Sequence record: SRR20825006_2254
Direction: 5' to 3' (one strand)
Length of the DNA stretch: 33,587 bases
Shown here: piece after piece, positions 18,598 through 28,384 of the stretch
Position numbering within the stretch: the stretch's first letter is position 1
Layout: each line of letters opens with the position of its first letter
The notes under the pieces: generated by a model
The model's database searches: none
What the model was told of the DNA's origin: nothing
What the model saw: the letters and a program-made list of their open reading frames with translations, nothing else
Made by a program: the position numbers and the translations under genes

Positions 18598-19602
18598 TCA
18601 GCCGAGACGGATAAGCTGCGTTTCAAGGATTGTCCGGCCGGGCTGCACCTGCTTCTGGCCGGATATCTGTTTCAGCAGCAGTTCAAAGGCCGCGCGCGCC
18701 ATGGCCTCTTCATCCTGCTGAACGACAAGAACCTTGTTCGGCAAGAACTCAAGCAGTCCGTCATAGTCGAACGTACCGATCACCAGATCGAGGGGCACGG
18801 AACCCAGCTGCATTTTCATGCATTTCAGAGCACCTTCCAGCACGAGTAACGAGGAGCAAAGAATAGCCGAGGGCGCTTCACACCCCTCCCCCATCAGCCT
18901 TCCCATCATTGAGCGCCCTGCTTCCGCACTATCTTCCGGCGATGTCAGAACCTGTGCATCATCACTTGAAAGGCCGGCCTCGCTGGCGGCGGCACGAAAA
19001 CCGGCGATACGATCCTGAATACTGGGGTTATCTGGATGACCGCACAGAAAGGCGATCCGGACAGCCCCGGATGCGATGATCTCACGCGTCACCAGATGGG
19101 CACTGGCCTGATGATTGCTGGAAATAACAGGCGCATGATCTTCAGGATAAGCACGGTCAATCAAAATAACCGGGGTATTCTTGCCGCGTTTTCTCGCCGG
19201 TTCGTGCGGGCGTGGAGCGCACGGCGCAAGTACAAGTCCATCGACGCCCCGAGCAAGCAAGCTGCTGATGGCCCGCTTTTCAGTTTCAGGGTCTTCAAGG
19301 CTGGAGGTGGTAACGAGCACCAGACCTTCCGCCCGGCAAAGCGCTTCCAGATAGGCGATAACATGGGCAAAGAATGCATTCGCGATGTCGGGAACAATAA
19401 AGCCGACTGTGTGCGATCTTCTGGTCTTCAGATTCCGTGCTGTCTGGTTGATCGTGTAACCGTGTTCGTCGACATAGGCCTGAATGATCTTCTGAGCACG
19501 TTCGCTGATCCGATACTCGCTGGCACGGCCACTCAGAACCATTGTTATGGTTGTGCGGAAATAACCGGTCGCCTCTGCAATCTCGGATATCGTTTTTGCC
19601 AT
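18598..19602 (-). CDS. LacI-family regulator (FruR/Cra-like)
   Basis: TISEIAEATG HTH, ARNLKTRRSHTVGFIVPDIANAFF, IGTFD. Confidence 0.92.
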   Translation of the reverse strand: MAKTISEIAEATGYFRTTITMVLSGRASEYRISERAQKIIQAYVDEHGYTINQTARNLKTRRSHTVGFIVPDIANAFFAHVIAYLEALCRAEGLVLVTTSSLEDPETEKRAISSLLARGVDGLVLAPCAPRPHEPARKRGKNTPVILIDRAYPEDHAPVISSNHQASAHLVTREIIASGAVRIAFLCGHPDNPSIQDRIAGFRAAASEAGLSSDDAQVLTSPEDSAEAGRSMMGRLMGEGCEAPSAILCSSLLVLEGALKCMKMQLGSVPLDLVIGTFDYDGLLEFLPNKVLVVQQDEEAMARAAFELLLKQISGQKQVQPGRTILETQLIRLG

Positions 19603-19818
19603 GCGTTATCAGATTTCCTCTTCACAACCCTTGTGTTTCTGCCGTCTGAGCAGGTATCAGCATCTGCTCTCACACACAGATCGTGTAAAATCAAAGAGTT
19701 AAAACATGCCACCTTCCACAGCGAAGCGGTCAGTGCCTTCAGCTATTCTTTACTGTCACAAAACAACAGCGCGGAAAAGTTGAAACCGGCGTTTTGGATA
19801 CGCCGGTCAACAAAACAT

Positions 19819-21444
19819 TCAGGCAAGCTTACGGATTTTGCGATCCGCCTCCTGAAGCACTGCGAATGCTTCGAACTTCTTGTTATGCAGCGAAACAACC
19901 GCTCCGTGGGAAGGCTTCATGATTTCGCGGATTGCCGACATTTTCTCAGCACCTGACCGCAGGTTTTCACTATAGCCCGCAGCCACCGAACCGATAATCG
20001 CGCCGCCCAGCAAAACCGGCTCCGCCGTTTCCGGCAGCGCAACTTTCATGCCGGTGGCATCGGAAAGGATACGGCGCAGAAGCGCGCTTTGGGCTGCACC
20101 ACCGGAGACGACAAGTGTTTCAAGCGGCAGTCCCTTGGCCTTTTCGGCCTCAATGATCTGCCGTGTGCCATAGCAAAGTCCGCAAAGACCGGCAACGTAA
20201 AGACGAATAAAACTGTCTTCGGAGGTATCCAGCGTCAGACCACTGATGACAGCCGTTGCCTTCGGATCGGCATAAGGGGCGCGATTGCCCAGAAATTCCG
20301 GAACAACATGAATATCACGCGCAAGCTCTGCCACCGCTTCCAATGAACCCGCTTTTTCCACGGCACGACGTTCCAGATAAACAGGCAGCGCAGCACCCTC
20401 GGATTTCGCTTTCGTCTTCATCTCGGCATAGGCAGGGTGAAGCGTAAGGAGATGATCAAGGGCTGCACCATAGGCAGACTGTCCACCTTCCAAAAGCCAG
20501 TAGCCCGGCACCATTGCGCCAAAATAAGGCCCCCAGACGCCATCCACGAAGTTGGCGTCCTTTGCCAGCTTCATTGCGCATGCAGATGTTCCCATGATAA
20601 GCGCCATCTGCGTTTCCGGCGGCAAATCTTCCCCGTTCGGGCCGCGGCAGGCAAATGTACCAACGCCGCCGCAATGAGCGTCTATCAGCGAAGCGCCAAC
20701 CGGTGTTCCGGCGACAAGGCCAAGCTCTGCCGCAGATGCCTCACTCAAACCTTCACCAAGCGGCGTCGCGATATCTGCCACATCTGAACCGATACGGGCA
20801 AAGTTGTTTTCGGTCAGCTCTTCAAGACCAATGGCGCGGAAGTAGTCCGCATCCCACCGCTTTTCATGCGCCAGATAGGTCCACTTGCAGGTAACCGTGC
20901 AGACCGAACGAACTGTGGAGCCGGTCGCGCGCCAGGACAGAAAATCAGCAAGATCGAAGAAATGCGCCGCCTTCGCGAAGATTTCCGGACGGTTTTCCTT
21001 CAGCCAGAGAAGTTTTGGCGTTTCCATCTCCGGCGAGATACGGCCACCGACATATTTCAGGACATCGTGACCACCGGCATTGATCCGGTTGGCCTGATCC
21101 ATCGCGCGATGATCCATCCAGACCATGATATTGCGCTCGGCATCTTCCGAAGGTCCGACCGCCAGTGGGTTTCCGTCCTTATCCAGAACGACAAGCGAGC
21201 AGGTCGCATCAAAGCCCAGTCCTTTAACGGATGCCGCGTCAATGCCTGCTTTGGCAACGGCTTCCTTGGTAGAATGACAAATCGCCGCCCAGATATTGCT
21301 TGAAGACTGTTCGACAATATCACCTTCTTCACGCCAAATCGTCAGGTCTTTCTTGGCCGCTGCGATGAGTCTCCCGGTTTCATCAAAAACACCGGCCCGC
21401 GCACTGCCAGTCCCCACATCAACACCAATGAAGTGATGGCCCAT
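19819..21444 (-). CDS. FGGY-family pentulose kinase (probable D-ribulokinase)
   Basis: GVDVGTGSAR, GFDATCSL, WMDHRA, SPEMETPK, CTVTCKWTY, LIDAH, GNRAP. Confidence 0.88.
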   Translation of the reverse strand: MGHHFIGVDVGTGSARAGVFDETGRLIAAAKKDLTIWREEGDIVEQSSSNIWAAICHSTKEAVAKAGIDAASVKGLGFDATCSLVVLDKDGNPLAVGPSEDAERNIMVWMDHRAMDQANRINAGGHDVLKYVGGRISPEMETPKLLWLKENRPEIFAKAAHFFDLADFLSWRATGSTVRSVCTVTCKWTYLAHEKRWDADYFRAIGLEELTENNFARIGSDVADIATPLGEGLSEASAAELGLVAGTPVGASLIDAHCGGVGTFACRGPNGEDLPPETQMALIMGTSACAMKLAKDANFVDGVWGPYFGAMVPGYWLLEGGQSAYGAALDHLLTLHPAYAEMKTKAKSEGAALPVYLERRAVEKAGSLEAVAELARDIHVVPEFLGNRAPYADPKATAVISGLTLDTSEDSFIRLYVAGLCGLCYGTRQIIEAEKAKGLPLETLVVSGGAAQSALLRRILSDATGMKVALPETAEPVLLGGAIIGSVAAGYSENLRSGAEKMSAIREIMKPSHGAVVSLHNKKFEAFAVLQEADRKIRKLA

Positions 21445-21564
21445 ATCATGTCTCCCTGAAGATCTTTTTTGCGACCTGAACGAAGAAAGCCGCGTTTGCC
21501 TGTCTGTTTATGGCTGCCGCCAGAAAAAGGCGACAGCACAAATTTTTCTATCAAAGTTCGGCGA

Positions 21565-23187
21565 TCAGGCCTTGAGCGGGCTGCCATCGGCAGACGTGCC
21601 GCAAAGGCTGACAGTCATGCCCAACTCATGAGCGAGAGCAGCCTTGGCGGCCATGGCCATGTCAGCAGCGTCCGCATCATTAGCATAAACGACCTGAATA
21701 TGGTTCGACTTGTGCCGTGCCATCATCTGATCACGGGAAACGCCATAGAGAACACCATGCATCATCGGCCAGGCATAATCGGTCGACGTCCAGCGGCGCT
21801 CGGTTTCTTCTTCTGGAAGCTCGACAGCCTTTCCGCGGCCGAGGTCCATGTGCAGCTTGCCGTCCTGAACGAAAATACGCGACCAGATGATTTCGCCGGG
21901 TCTGGCAATGCCGCGCAGCGTGCCACCACCAGCGGGGAAGAACATCGGCGGTTGACGCATCGATGATGACTTGTCGTAGCCACCGTGATGGGCAGCCGGT
22001 GCAGCGCCTGAAATCTCGAACGTCCAGACATACTCGTCCGTCGAACCGGTCGGGTCATAATCGCCCCAGCGAATATCATGCAGCGTGGTTTCAACCGGCT
22101 GATCGAGTGCCGTATGGATACGATTGGTCATCAGAGCGTCGAGGCCGGCGCATTCGTCAACTTCATTGAAGTGAACAACGGGCTTGCCTTCACGGATGAT
22201 CTTGCCGTCAATCCCCTTGACCGGCGGGCGCTCGGAGTTGTTCAGCAGACCTTCGACAAGGTCGGACGCAGGCAGAAGATCCTTCAGGCCTTGCTGGTAC
22301 TGGATACCGATCACTTCGCAACCGAACTGCTCGGCCAGACGAACAGCCGCAATATACATCTTGCACTGAAGCAGAACCTGATCCGGAGTCAGTTCTTCAG
22401 CACCGTTTTCACCAAAGTGGAAGTTCAGACCCTTGTCTTTCAGCCAGTCAAAGGTTTCCTGCGCTTCCGCATCGGGGACCTGTGTGGTGGCATAGTAAAG
22501 GGCTGACTGCGACAGACGTTCCTTGAAGATACCAAGCGGGAACAGCAGTTCATCAGGGATGATGGCATTGTACATGCCCATGCAGCCCTCATCGAACACG
22601 CCCATAATCGTGCGGCGATTTTTCAGGTCACCGGCAATGTCCTTGGCAAGCAAAGCCGCCTTTTCGGTCGCTGCGCCGGAATAAGCCGATACATGCGAAA
22701 TGTCCTGATCGACCTTACCGGTCTTCATCCATTGTTCAAGGCGGGTCAGGAACCACTCATCCTTGAAATCGATGGTCCAGAGCGACGAATAGTCGATACC
22801 GGCCTTGGTCATCGAACCATTCAGGTTCAAAAGACCGACAAGACCCGGCCATGTCGGCGACCAGTTGCCAACCGTCAGGATCGGCCCCTCATGCGCCATC
22901 AGGCCAGGCAGAACGTGCAGCGAATATTGCCAGACGGCTTCGGCCACGATCAGCGGCGCCTTCTTGTCGATATTGGCAAAGATATCGAGGCCTTCTTTCT
23001 GGCTGGCGATAAAGCCATGCCCAAGATCGGCCTTCACTGGATGCGCGCGCTCAACCGATCCGCCAAACTTTTCGATTGCAGCTGTCAATTCGGCTTCCAG
23101 CGCCTGTTGCGCGGGCCAGCATTTGACATTCGCGCTCTCGCGAAGATCGCCGCTTGCCACCATCAGGATATGAGGTCCCGTCGACAT
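21565..23187 (-). CDS. L-fucose/D-arabinose isomerase-like protein
   Basis: [41 protein letters not shown] at 23187 with AAGGA RBS. Confidence 0.75.
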   Translation of the reverse strand: MSTGPHILMVASGDLRESANVKCWPAQQALEAELTAAIEKFGGSVERAHPVKADLGHGFIASQKEGLDIFANIDKKAPLIVAEAVWQYSLHVLPGLMAHEGPILTVGNWSPTWPGLVGLLNLNGSMTKAGIDYSSLWTIDFKDEWFLTRLEQWMKTGKVDQDISHVSAYSGAATEKAALLAKDIAGDLKNRRTIMGVFDEGCMGMYNAIIPDELLFPLGIFKERLSQSALYYATTQVPDAEAQETFDWLKDKGLNFHFGENGAEELTPDQVLLQCKMYIAAVRLAEQFGCEVIGIQYQQGLKDLLPASDLVEGLLNNSERPPVKGIDGKIIREGKPVVHFNEVDECAGLDALMTNRIHTALDQPVETTLHDIRWGDYDPTGSTDEYVWTFEISGAAPAAHHGGYDKSSSMRQPPMFFPAGGGTLRGIARPGEIIWSRIFVQDGKLHMDLGRGKAVELPEEETERRWTSTDYAWPMMHGVLYGVSRDQMMARHKSNHIQVVYANDADAADMAMAAKAALAHELGMTVSLCGTSADGSPLKA

Positions 23188-23523
23188 GATAAAGATCCTT
23201 TCCGCAGTTGCGCCTTTTGCGCAAAATTTTCGTTTCGCTCCCGGCTCCATCACTGCTCAACCCGATTTTCAGGAGCCTGATCGGGTCGTCTTCAACCAGC
23301 CGCACCGCGTAAACAGAAGCTCTGACAATCCTCGTCAACGGCTTCCGTCAGATCACGCGCCTGGTAACGGCCACATTTGTTTCGGAGAGATTTCGGCGGT
23401 AACGATGAGCGAAAAACAACAGTCATCCACTTCAAAACGGCATATGCCAGCCCGTCTGGCACATCCTGTCACCTGCCTTGACACCTCCCTCAGATATGTT
23501 TGCTGTTACGAGTTAGCAACGAT

Positions 23524-23552
23524 TTTATACGGCTTTTACAGCGTTGCGGCAA
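23524..23552 (-). promoter_or_regulatory. Candidate sigma70 promoter for the isomerase-kinase operon
   Basis: Minus strand TTGCCG-N17-TATAAA. Confidence 0.5.
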
Positions 23553-23650
23553 GAGCAATCCCGGCGAGCATACGATAAAATCTCAGCATCGCGACCGCCA
23601 GCGGCACCACACCCTGCGGATCGTGAACATCCCTCGCGAAGAACACCCAG

Positions 23651-23685
23651 AAAGAAAAAGGCCCCGAAACAGTTCGAAGCCTTTT
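23651..23685 (-). terminator. Intrinsic terminator after the TRAP large permease
   Basis: Minus strand AAGGCTTCGAA-loop-TTCGGGGCCTT (with G-U pairs) followed by TTTCTTT. Confidence 0.75.
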
Positions 23686-23691
23686 CACAAA

Positions 23692-24996
23692 TCACAACAT
23701 GCCCGCGACCCGCGGCAGCCAGAGGGAGAGCGCCGGAATAAACGTCAGCGCCATCAACATGGAAATCAGGATCGCCATGAAGAACCACGTCTCCCGGATC
23801 AGCTCCGACAGCGGAATCCCGTTCAATGCCTTGATGATGAACAGCAATATGCCATAGGGCGGCGTAATCAGCCCGATCATCATGTTGAATACAAGCACGA
23901 TACCCAGGTGATTGAGATCGATCCCCATTGCTGCCGCCGTCGGAATGAACAACGGCGTCACCACCAACATGATCGTAGACACATCCAGAATACAGCCGAG
24001 CAGCAGGTAAAGAACATTCAGCAGCAACAGGAACTGCCATGTCTGAAGCTCAAAATTCTCGAAAGTCTGGAAAACCGCCTGCGGCACGCGCTCAACCGTG
24101 ATGACGTAGTTGAAGATGAAAGCCCCGCACAAAACCATGGTGACAACAGCAGTGGTCTTCATGCTGGAGACCACGACATTCCAGAAGGACTTCAGCCCCA
24201 GAACGCGGTAGGCAAAAGTAGCCAGTAGCAGCGCATAAAGCGCGGAAACCGCGGCAGCTTCTGTCGGTGTAAAGATACCGGAATAGATCCCGCCGAGCAG
24301 AATGATCGGCATCAGCAATGCCGGAAAAGCGCGCAGAAAGATCAGCGGCAGCGCCCGCAGCGGAATCGCATCCTCGATAGGAAATCCACGCACCTTGGCC
24401 ATGATGCCAACGGCAATCGCCATAACCGTACACATCAATAGCGCCGGAACGACGCCGCCCAGAAACAGCACGCCCACGGATGTGGATGAAATCAGAGCGT
24501 AGAACACCATCGGGATCGAAGGCGGGAAAATCGGGCCGACGACGGCAGAGGCTGCCGTCAGCGCGCCTGCGAAGCCACGAGGATAGCGGTTTTCCTTCAT
24601 CATCATGCCCGTGATGATCTTGCCGACACCGGCCGCATCCGAGATTGCAGAACCACTCATACCGGAGAAGATCAGACTGGTGAAAATGTTCACCTGTGCC
24701 AGCCCCCCCGGCAGACGCCCCACCAGAGCAAGTGCGAAATTCAGCAATCTGTCGGAGATCTTGCCTTCATTCATGACATTGGCCGCGAAAATGAACAGTG
24801 GCACGGCCAGCGCGACGAAATTGCCAAAAACGCCGTTCAACACATTTTCAGCCGCCAAACCAACATCACGACCAGACAGAAACAAATAGAAAATACTCGA
24901 CACGATCATCGCGATGCCAAACGGCAGGCCGGTAATCGTAATGGTCACCATAATGACCAGCATGACAATCAGTGCATGCTCGGAAAGGAACGACAT
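23692..24996 (-). CDS. dctM: TRAP transporter large permease
   Basis: LAVPLFI, FSGMSGSAISDAA, GPIFPPSIP, GIFTPTEAA, GLITPPYG. Confidence 0.94.
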   Translation of the reverse strand: MSFLSEHALIVMLVIMVTITITGLPFGIAMIVSSIFYLFLSGRDVGLAAENVLNGVFGNFVALAVPLFIFAANVMNEGKISDRLLNFALALVGRLPGGLAQVNIFTSLIFSGMSGSAISDAAGVGKIITGMMMKENRYPRGFAGALTAASAVVGPIFPPSIPMVFYALISSTSVGVLFLGGVVPALLMCTVMAIAVGIMAKVRGFPIEDAIPLRALPLIFLRAFPALLMPIILLGGIYSGIFTPTEAAAVSALYALLLATFAYRVLGLKSFWNVVVSSMKTTAVVTMVLCGAFIFNYVITVERVPQAVFQTFENFELQTWQFLLLLNVLYLLLGCILDVSTIMLVVTPLFIPTAAAMGIDLNHLGIVLVFNMMIGLITPPYGILLFIIKALNGIPLSELIRETWFFMAILISMLMALTFIPALSLWLPRVAGML

Positions 24997-25010
24997 TTAC
25001 TTGCTCCCGA

Positions 25011-25517
25011 TCAGATTTCGTTGCGCCATTTCGGGCTGAAAAGCTGCATAAGCCGCCAAACGGCCTGCACGGTGAAGCCGGACAGAAACAGCAGATAACA
25101 GCCATAGACCAGACTCATCGGAAGCCTCAGAACTGAGCTCTTCTTGCGCATAAGGAAGTCCAGATAATCCCATGTGTATGGGATCAGCATCGCAAAAGCG
25201 ACGATGAGTACCGCCATGGAAAACATCGTGAACAACCGTCGCGTGCGTTCTGAGACGATATCGTACACGACATCGAACGACACGTGCTCACGGATCGGAA
25301 CACAAAAGGCCGCCGCCCAGAAAACCGCCCAGACGAAGGCAATCATGGTAAATTCCTCGGTCCACAAAAGCGGCTGGTTCATCACGTAGCGATAAAAAAT
25401 CTGAATGATGAAACCAACAAAGGCAGACAGAAAGAACAACGCACCGATCGTATCGGCGATCGCTTTTAGAAAAATGCCCCACTTACGCAGGGCATTACCA
25501 TTATTTTCGAGCGGCAT
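25011..25517 (-). CDS. dctQ: TRAP transporter small permease
   Basis: QIFYRYVMNQPLLWTEE, EHVSFD, 4 TM helices. Confidence 0.93.
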   Translation of the reverse strand: MPLENNGNALRKWGIFLKAIADTIGALFFLSAFVGFIIQIFYRYVMNQPLLWTEEFTMIAFVWAVFWAAAFCVPIREHVSFDVVYDIVSERTRRLFTMFSMAVLIVAFAMLIPYTWDYLDFLMRKKSSVLRLPMSLVYGCYLLFLSGFTVQAVWRLMQLFSPKWRNEI

Positions 25518-25523
25518 TGCAGA

Positions 25524-26513
25524 TTACTCGGCCATCTGGTTGATCTTTTCGACCCACCCCTGAGGCCAGTCCTTTGCCCGCGGTGATTCCATGTAGGCCT
25601 TCTGGACATGGGTTCTGAACGCATCGACATCAGGCGTCGTAACGGTCAATCCCTCGTCTTCGAAGAATGCGACCAGATCGCTTTCAACCTTCACACGCTC
25701 GGCATTGTTCCAATCGCAGGCCTGCTTGGCCGCAGCCGTCACAGCTTCTTTCTGGGCATCATCAAGCTCATCCCAGAACTGATTCGAAACTGAGAAATTG
25801 ATTGCATCGACAAGGTGCGAGGTGAGCGTGATCTGGTCCGTCACTTCGTAGAACTTGGCAGCGTCTACCGTTGGCAACGGATTATCCTGCGCATCGATCG
25901 TACCGGTCTGCAATCCGAGATAGACTTCACCGAACGGCAACGGGGTCGGGTTGGCACCCAGCGCCTTGCCGAGGAACAGCCAGGCATCCGAGCTTGGCAT
26001 ACGCAGTTTGACGCCGCTCAGGTCTTCCGGCGTTTCAACATCCATTTTGTCGCGGAGATTGAGCTGCCGGGTGCCAAGGTAGCAGGCATCCAGAAGTTTG
26101 ATGTCCATTTCATCAGAAACCGTCTGCTGAAACTCCTGTCCGATATCACTGGCCAGAAATGCGCGATAGTGCTCAGGGCTGCGGAACAGATAACCGGCAG
26201 TCAGAAGACCGTATTGCGGCAACGCATCGGCGATCAGCTGATAGGACACATAGGTCATTTCTGCATTGCCGCGCTGAAGCGCATCCAGATCCGCCCCCTG
26301 GCCAAACAGCGAACCGGAATCATAGATCTGAACGTCAAAAACGCCCGGCATTTCCTTGTCGACTGCTTCCTTGAAAACATGAAGCGCCTTGGTGTGCAGA
26401 TCTGTCGGCACACTGGGAACTGTCATTTTCATCTCAATCGGATCGGCAGCCATAACAGGCGTAGCGAGCATCACAGAGCACAGCAGTGCCTTGGCGAAAG
26501 TGTTCTTTTTCAA
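25524..26513 (-). CDS. dctP: TRAP substrate-binding protein (DctP/SiaP family)
   Basis: Signal peptide; YLGTRQL, GVKLRMP (carboxylate-binding Arg), LQTGTIDAQDNP. TTG start after GGAGGA. Confidence 0.93.
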   Translation of the reverse strand: MKKNTFAKALLCSVMLATPVMAADPIEMKMTVPSVPTDLHTKALHVFKEAVDKEMPGVFDVQIYDSGSLFGQGADLDALQRGNAEMTYVSYQLIADALPQYGLLTAGYLFRSPEHYRAFLASDIGQEFQQTVSDEMDIKLLDACYLGTRQLNLRDKMDVETPEDLSGVKLRMPSSDAWLFLGKALGANPTPLPFGEVYLGLQTGTIDAQDNPLPTVDAAKFYEVTDQITLTSHLVDAINFSVSNQFWDELDDAQKEAVTAAAKQACDWNNAERVKVESDLVAFFEDEGLTVTTPDVDAFRTHVQKAYMESPRAKDWPQGWVEKINQMAE

Positions 26514-26599
26514 AATGATTTCCTCCACAGAGTTCTATCGGCCGGGTTCCTCAGTCATTGTCCCTCCCGGCGACCGAAACAGACTTTACGGCTTCCACG

Positions 26600-26628
26600 T
26601 ACTGATGTAAATGCTGATTGTATCAGTA
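26600..26628. promoter_or_regulatory. Candidate GntR/FCD operator in the dctP/aldolase divergent region
   Basis: CTGAT-TGT-ATCAG palindrome (26614-26626) plus a repeated half-site TACTGAT (26600-26606). Confidence 0.5.
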
Positions 26629-26683
26629 ATACTGTAATTCATCTGATCAAACTGTGAGGGTGAGCGATTTGGGGGGAGCCAGA

Positions 26684-27577
26684 ATGAAAGCCGAGAGCAA
26701 TCTCAAAGGTGTTATCGCGGCATGTATCACGCCGATAACCGGCGCTTGCGAAATTGATGCAGATCGCCTGAGATCTCACATGGATGAGGTGCTGGCCGAA
26801 GGTTGCTCCTATGTTTCAGAGTTTGGCACGACTGGCGAAGGCGCATCTTTCTCAACGCGACAGAAAGCAGACGCGCTAAAAGCGATGGCTGATGCGGACA
26901 TGGATATGAAACGTCATATCCCCGGCGTTGTATCTTCATCACTTGATGAAGCCGCGTTGATGTTGAAGGCAATTGCCGAAGTCGATGCACGCGCCGCGCT
27001 GGTGATCCCGCCATTTTACTACACGCCGTCAGCCCCTGAAGCCGTTGTTGATTTTTATGAGGCAATGATCGCGCGGGCCGGAACGCCGGATACCGAGATC
27101 ATACTTTACAATTTTCCACATTTTTCCGGCGTTACGTTCGATGTGCATCTGGTTCAGCTGATGCTTGAGCGCCTTGGCGACCGTGTGATCGGCATCAAGG
27201 ATTCAACCGGCGATCTCGATGCAGGCATCAAGCTTATCAAGGCCTTTCCACAGCTCTCGATCTTTACCGGCGATGACAAGATCCTGCCGGAGATGGTCGC
27301 AGCCGGAGGTGCGGGCATGATCGGCGGCATGACAAATCCCTACCCCGCTGATACCGTTCAACTTTATACTGGTCCGATAACAGATGAACTCAGAGAGAAC
27401 GCAAGACGGCGCATTGAGGCTGTTGATTCCTTTGGTGGCCTGACTGTGCTGAAAGCCATGGTGGCTGAAAAGCGCGGAGATGATGCTTTTGCCGCAACAA
27501 TGCCACCTCTGCTTCCGGCAGGCAAAGACACGATGAACGCCGTTTATGCGAGTATCAACAAAACACTTTCCGAATAA
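26684..27577 (+). CDS. DHDPS/N-acetylneuraminate lyase family class I aldolase (not true DapA)
   Basis: GTTGE, PPFYY, ILYNFP, Schiff-base Lys in GIKDS, FTGDD. Lacks the DapA Arg of the YNxPxRT motif. Confidence 0.88.
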   Translation: MKAESNLKGVIAACITPITGACEIDADRLRSHMDEVLAEGCSYVSEFGTTGEGASFSTRQKADALKAMADADMDMKRHIPGVVSSSLDEAALMLKAIAEVDARAALVIPPFYYTPSAPEAVVDFYEAMIARAGTPDTEIILYNFPHFSGVTFDVHLVQLMLERLGDRVIGIKDSTGDLDAGIKLIKAFPQLSIFTGDDKILPEMVAAGGAGMIGGMTNPYPADTVQLYTGPITDELRENARRRIEAVDSFGGLTVLKAMVAEKRGDDAFAATMPPLLPAGKDTMNAVYASINKTLSE

Positions 27578-27602
27578 AGCCGGTCAGGAGGGCGGTGCGG
27601 TG

Positions 27603-28271
27603 ATGAAATTTCATGCCACCGAAGAACATAATACAGGCGTGAAAGATGCAGCTTACGACCTGTTTCAGGAAGCGCTGATGAGCGGAAACCTGCGACCGGG
27701 TCAGATGGTCAGCCAGCGCTCACTTGTTGAAATGCTGAACCTCTCAATCGGCGCATTGCGTGAACTCCTGCCGCGATTGCAGGCCGAAGGTCTGATCAAT
27801 GTCCTGCCCCAGCGCGGTATCCTGATTCCGGCAATCGATCTGCCGATGATTCGCAACACGTTTCAGATGCGGGCCGCCCTTGAGCGAGAAGCGGTCATCT
27901 ATGCCGTTCGCGAAATGCCGGATACAGTCCTGGAAAACCAGCGCAAGCTGCACTCCGATATTCTGGAGGCGGTACGCCACGAACCGACACCTGCCCTTCT
28001 GGCGCGCGGGCAGGAAATCGACACCGGCTTCCACAACCTCCTTGTTCTCGCGACCGGCAACGAACTGCTACGCAACACCTACAATATCAATGCCATTCGT
28101 ATGCGGCTGATCAAGCTTGACCGGATCACGCTGAATGAAAAGGTTTTGCCCGAAGCATTTGGCGACCATTTCGACGTGATTTCGGCCATTCAGGCACGGG
28201 ACACCATGAAGGCAATTGAAGCCATGGATCGACACGTCCGCAATGCGCGCGATCGCGCGCTGCAACTTTAG
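27603..28271 (+). CDS. GntR/FCD-family regulator
   Basis: LRPGQMVSQ...LRELLPRLQAEGL wHTH; DTGFHNLLVLATGN, DH, MDRHV. Confidence 0.92.
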   Translation: MKFHATEEHNTGVKDAAYDLFQEALMSGNLRPGQMVSQRSLVEMLNLSIGALRELLPRLQAEGLINVLPQRGILIPAIDLPMIRNTFQMRAALEREAVIYAVREMPDTVLENQRKLHSDILEAVRHEPTPALLARGQEIDTGFHNLLVLATGNELLRNTYNINAIRMRLIKLDRITLNEKVLPEAFGDHFDVISAIQARDTMKAIEAMDRHVRNARDRALQL

Positions 28272-28384
28272 GCCGTTCGGCCCGCCCCGTATACGGTCTG
28301 TGATTTAGGAAACCGTACGCCTTTCACAGCGGAAAACGATTTTTCGTATTGTCACCGGCACGGCTATTTTCGGGAGGAATAAAA

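Noticed and set aside
23349-23474. 41-codon GTG-initiated minus-strand ORF after GAGGGAGG
   Set aside because: SD spacing is long, composition is not protein-like and no motif is recognisable.
26684-27577. Calling the aldolase dapA or nanA
   Set aside because: It lacks the DapA Arg in YNxPxRT, sits in a catabolic context, and no nanK/nanE/nagA genes are nearby.
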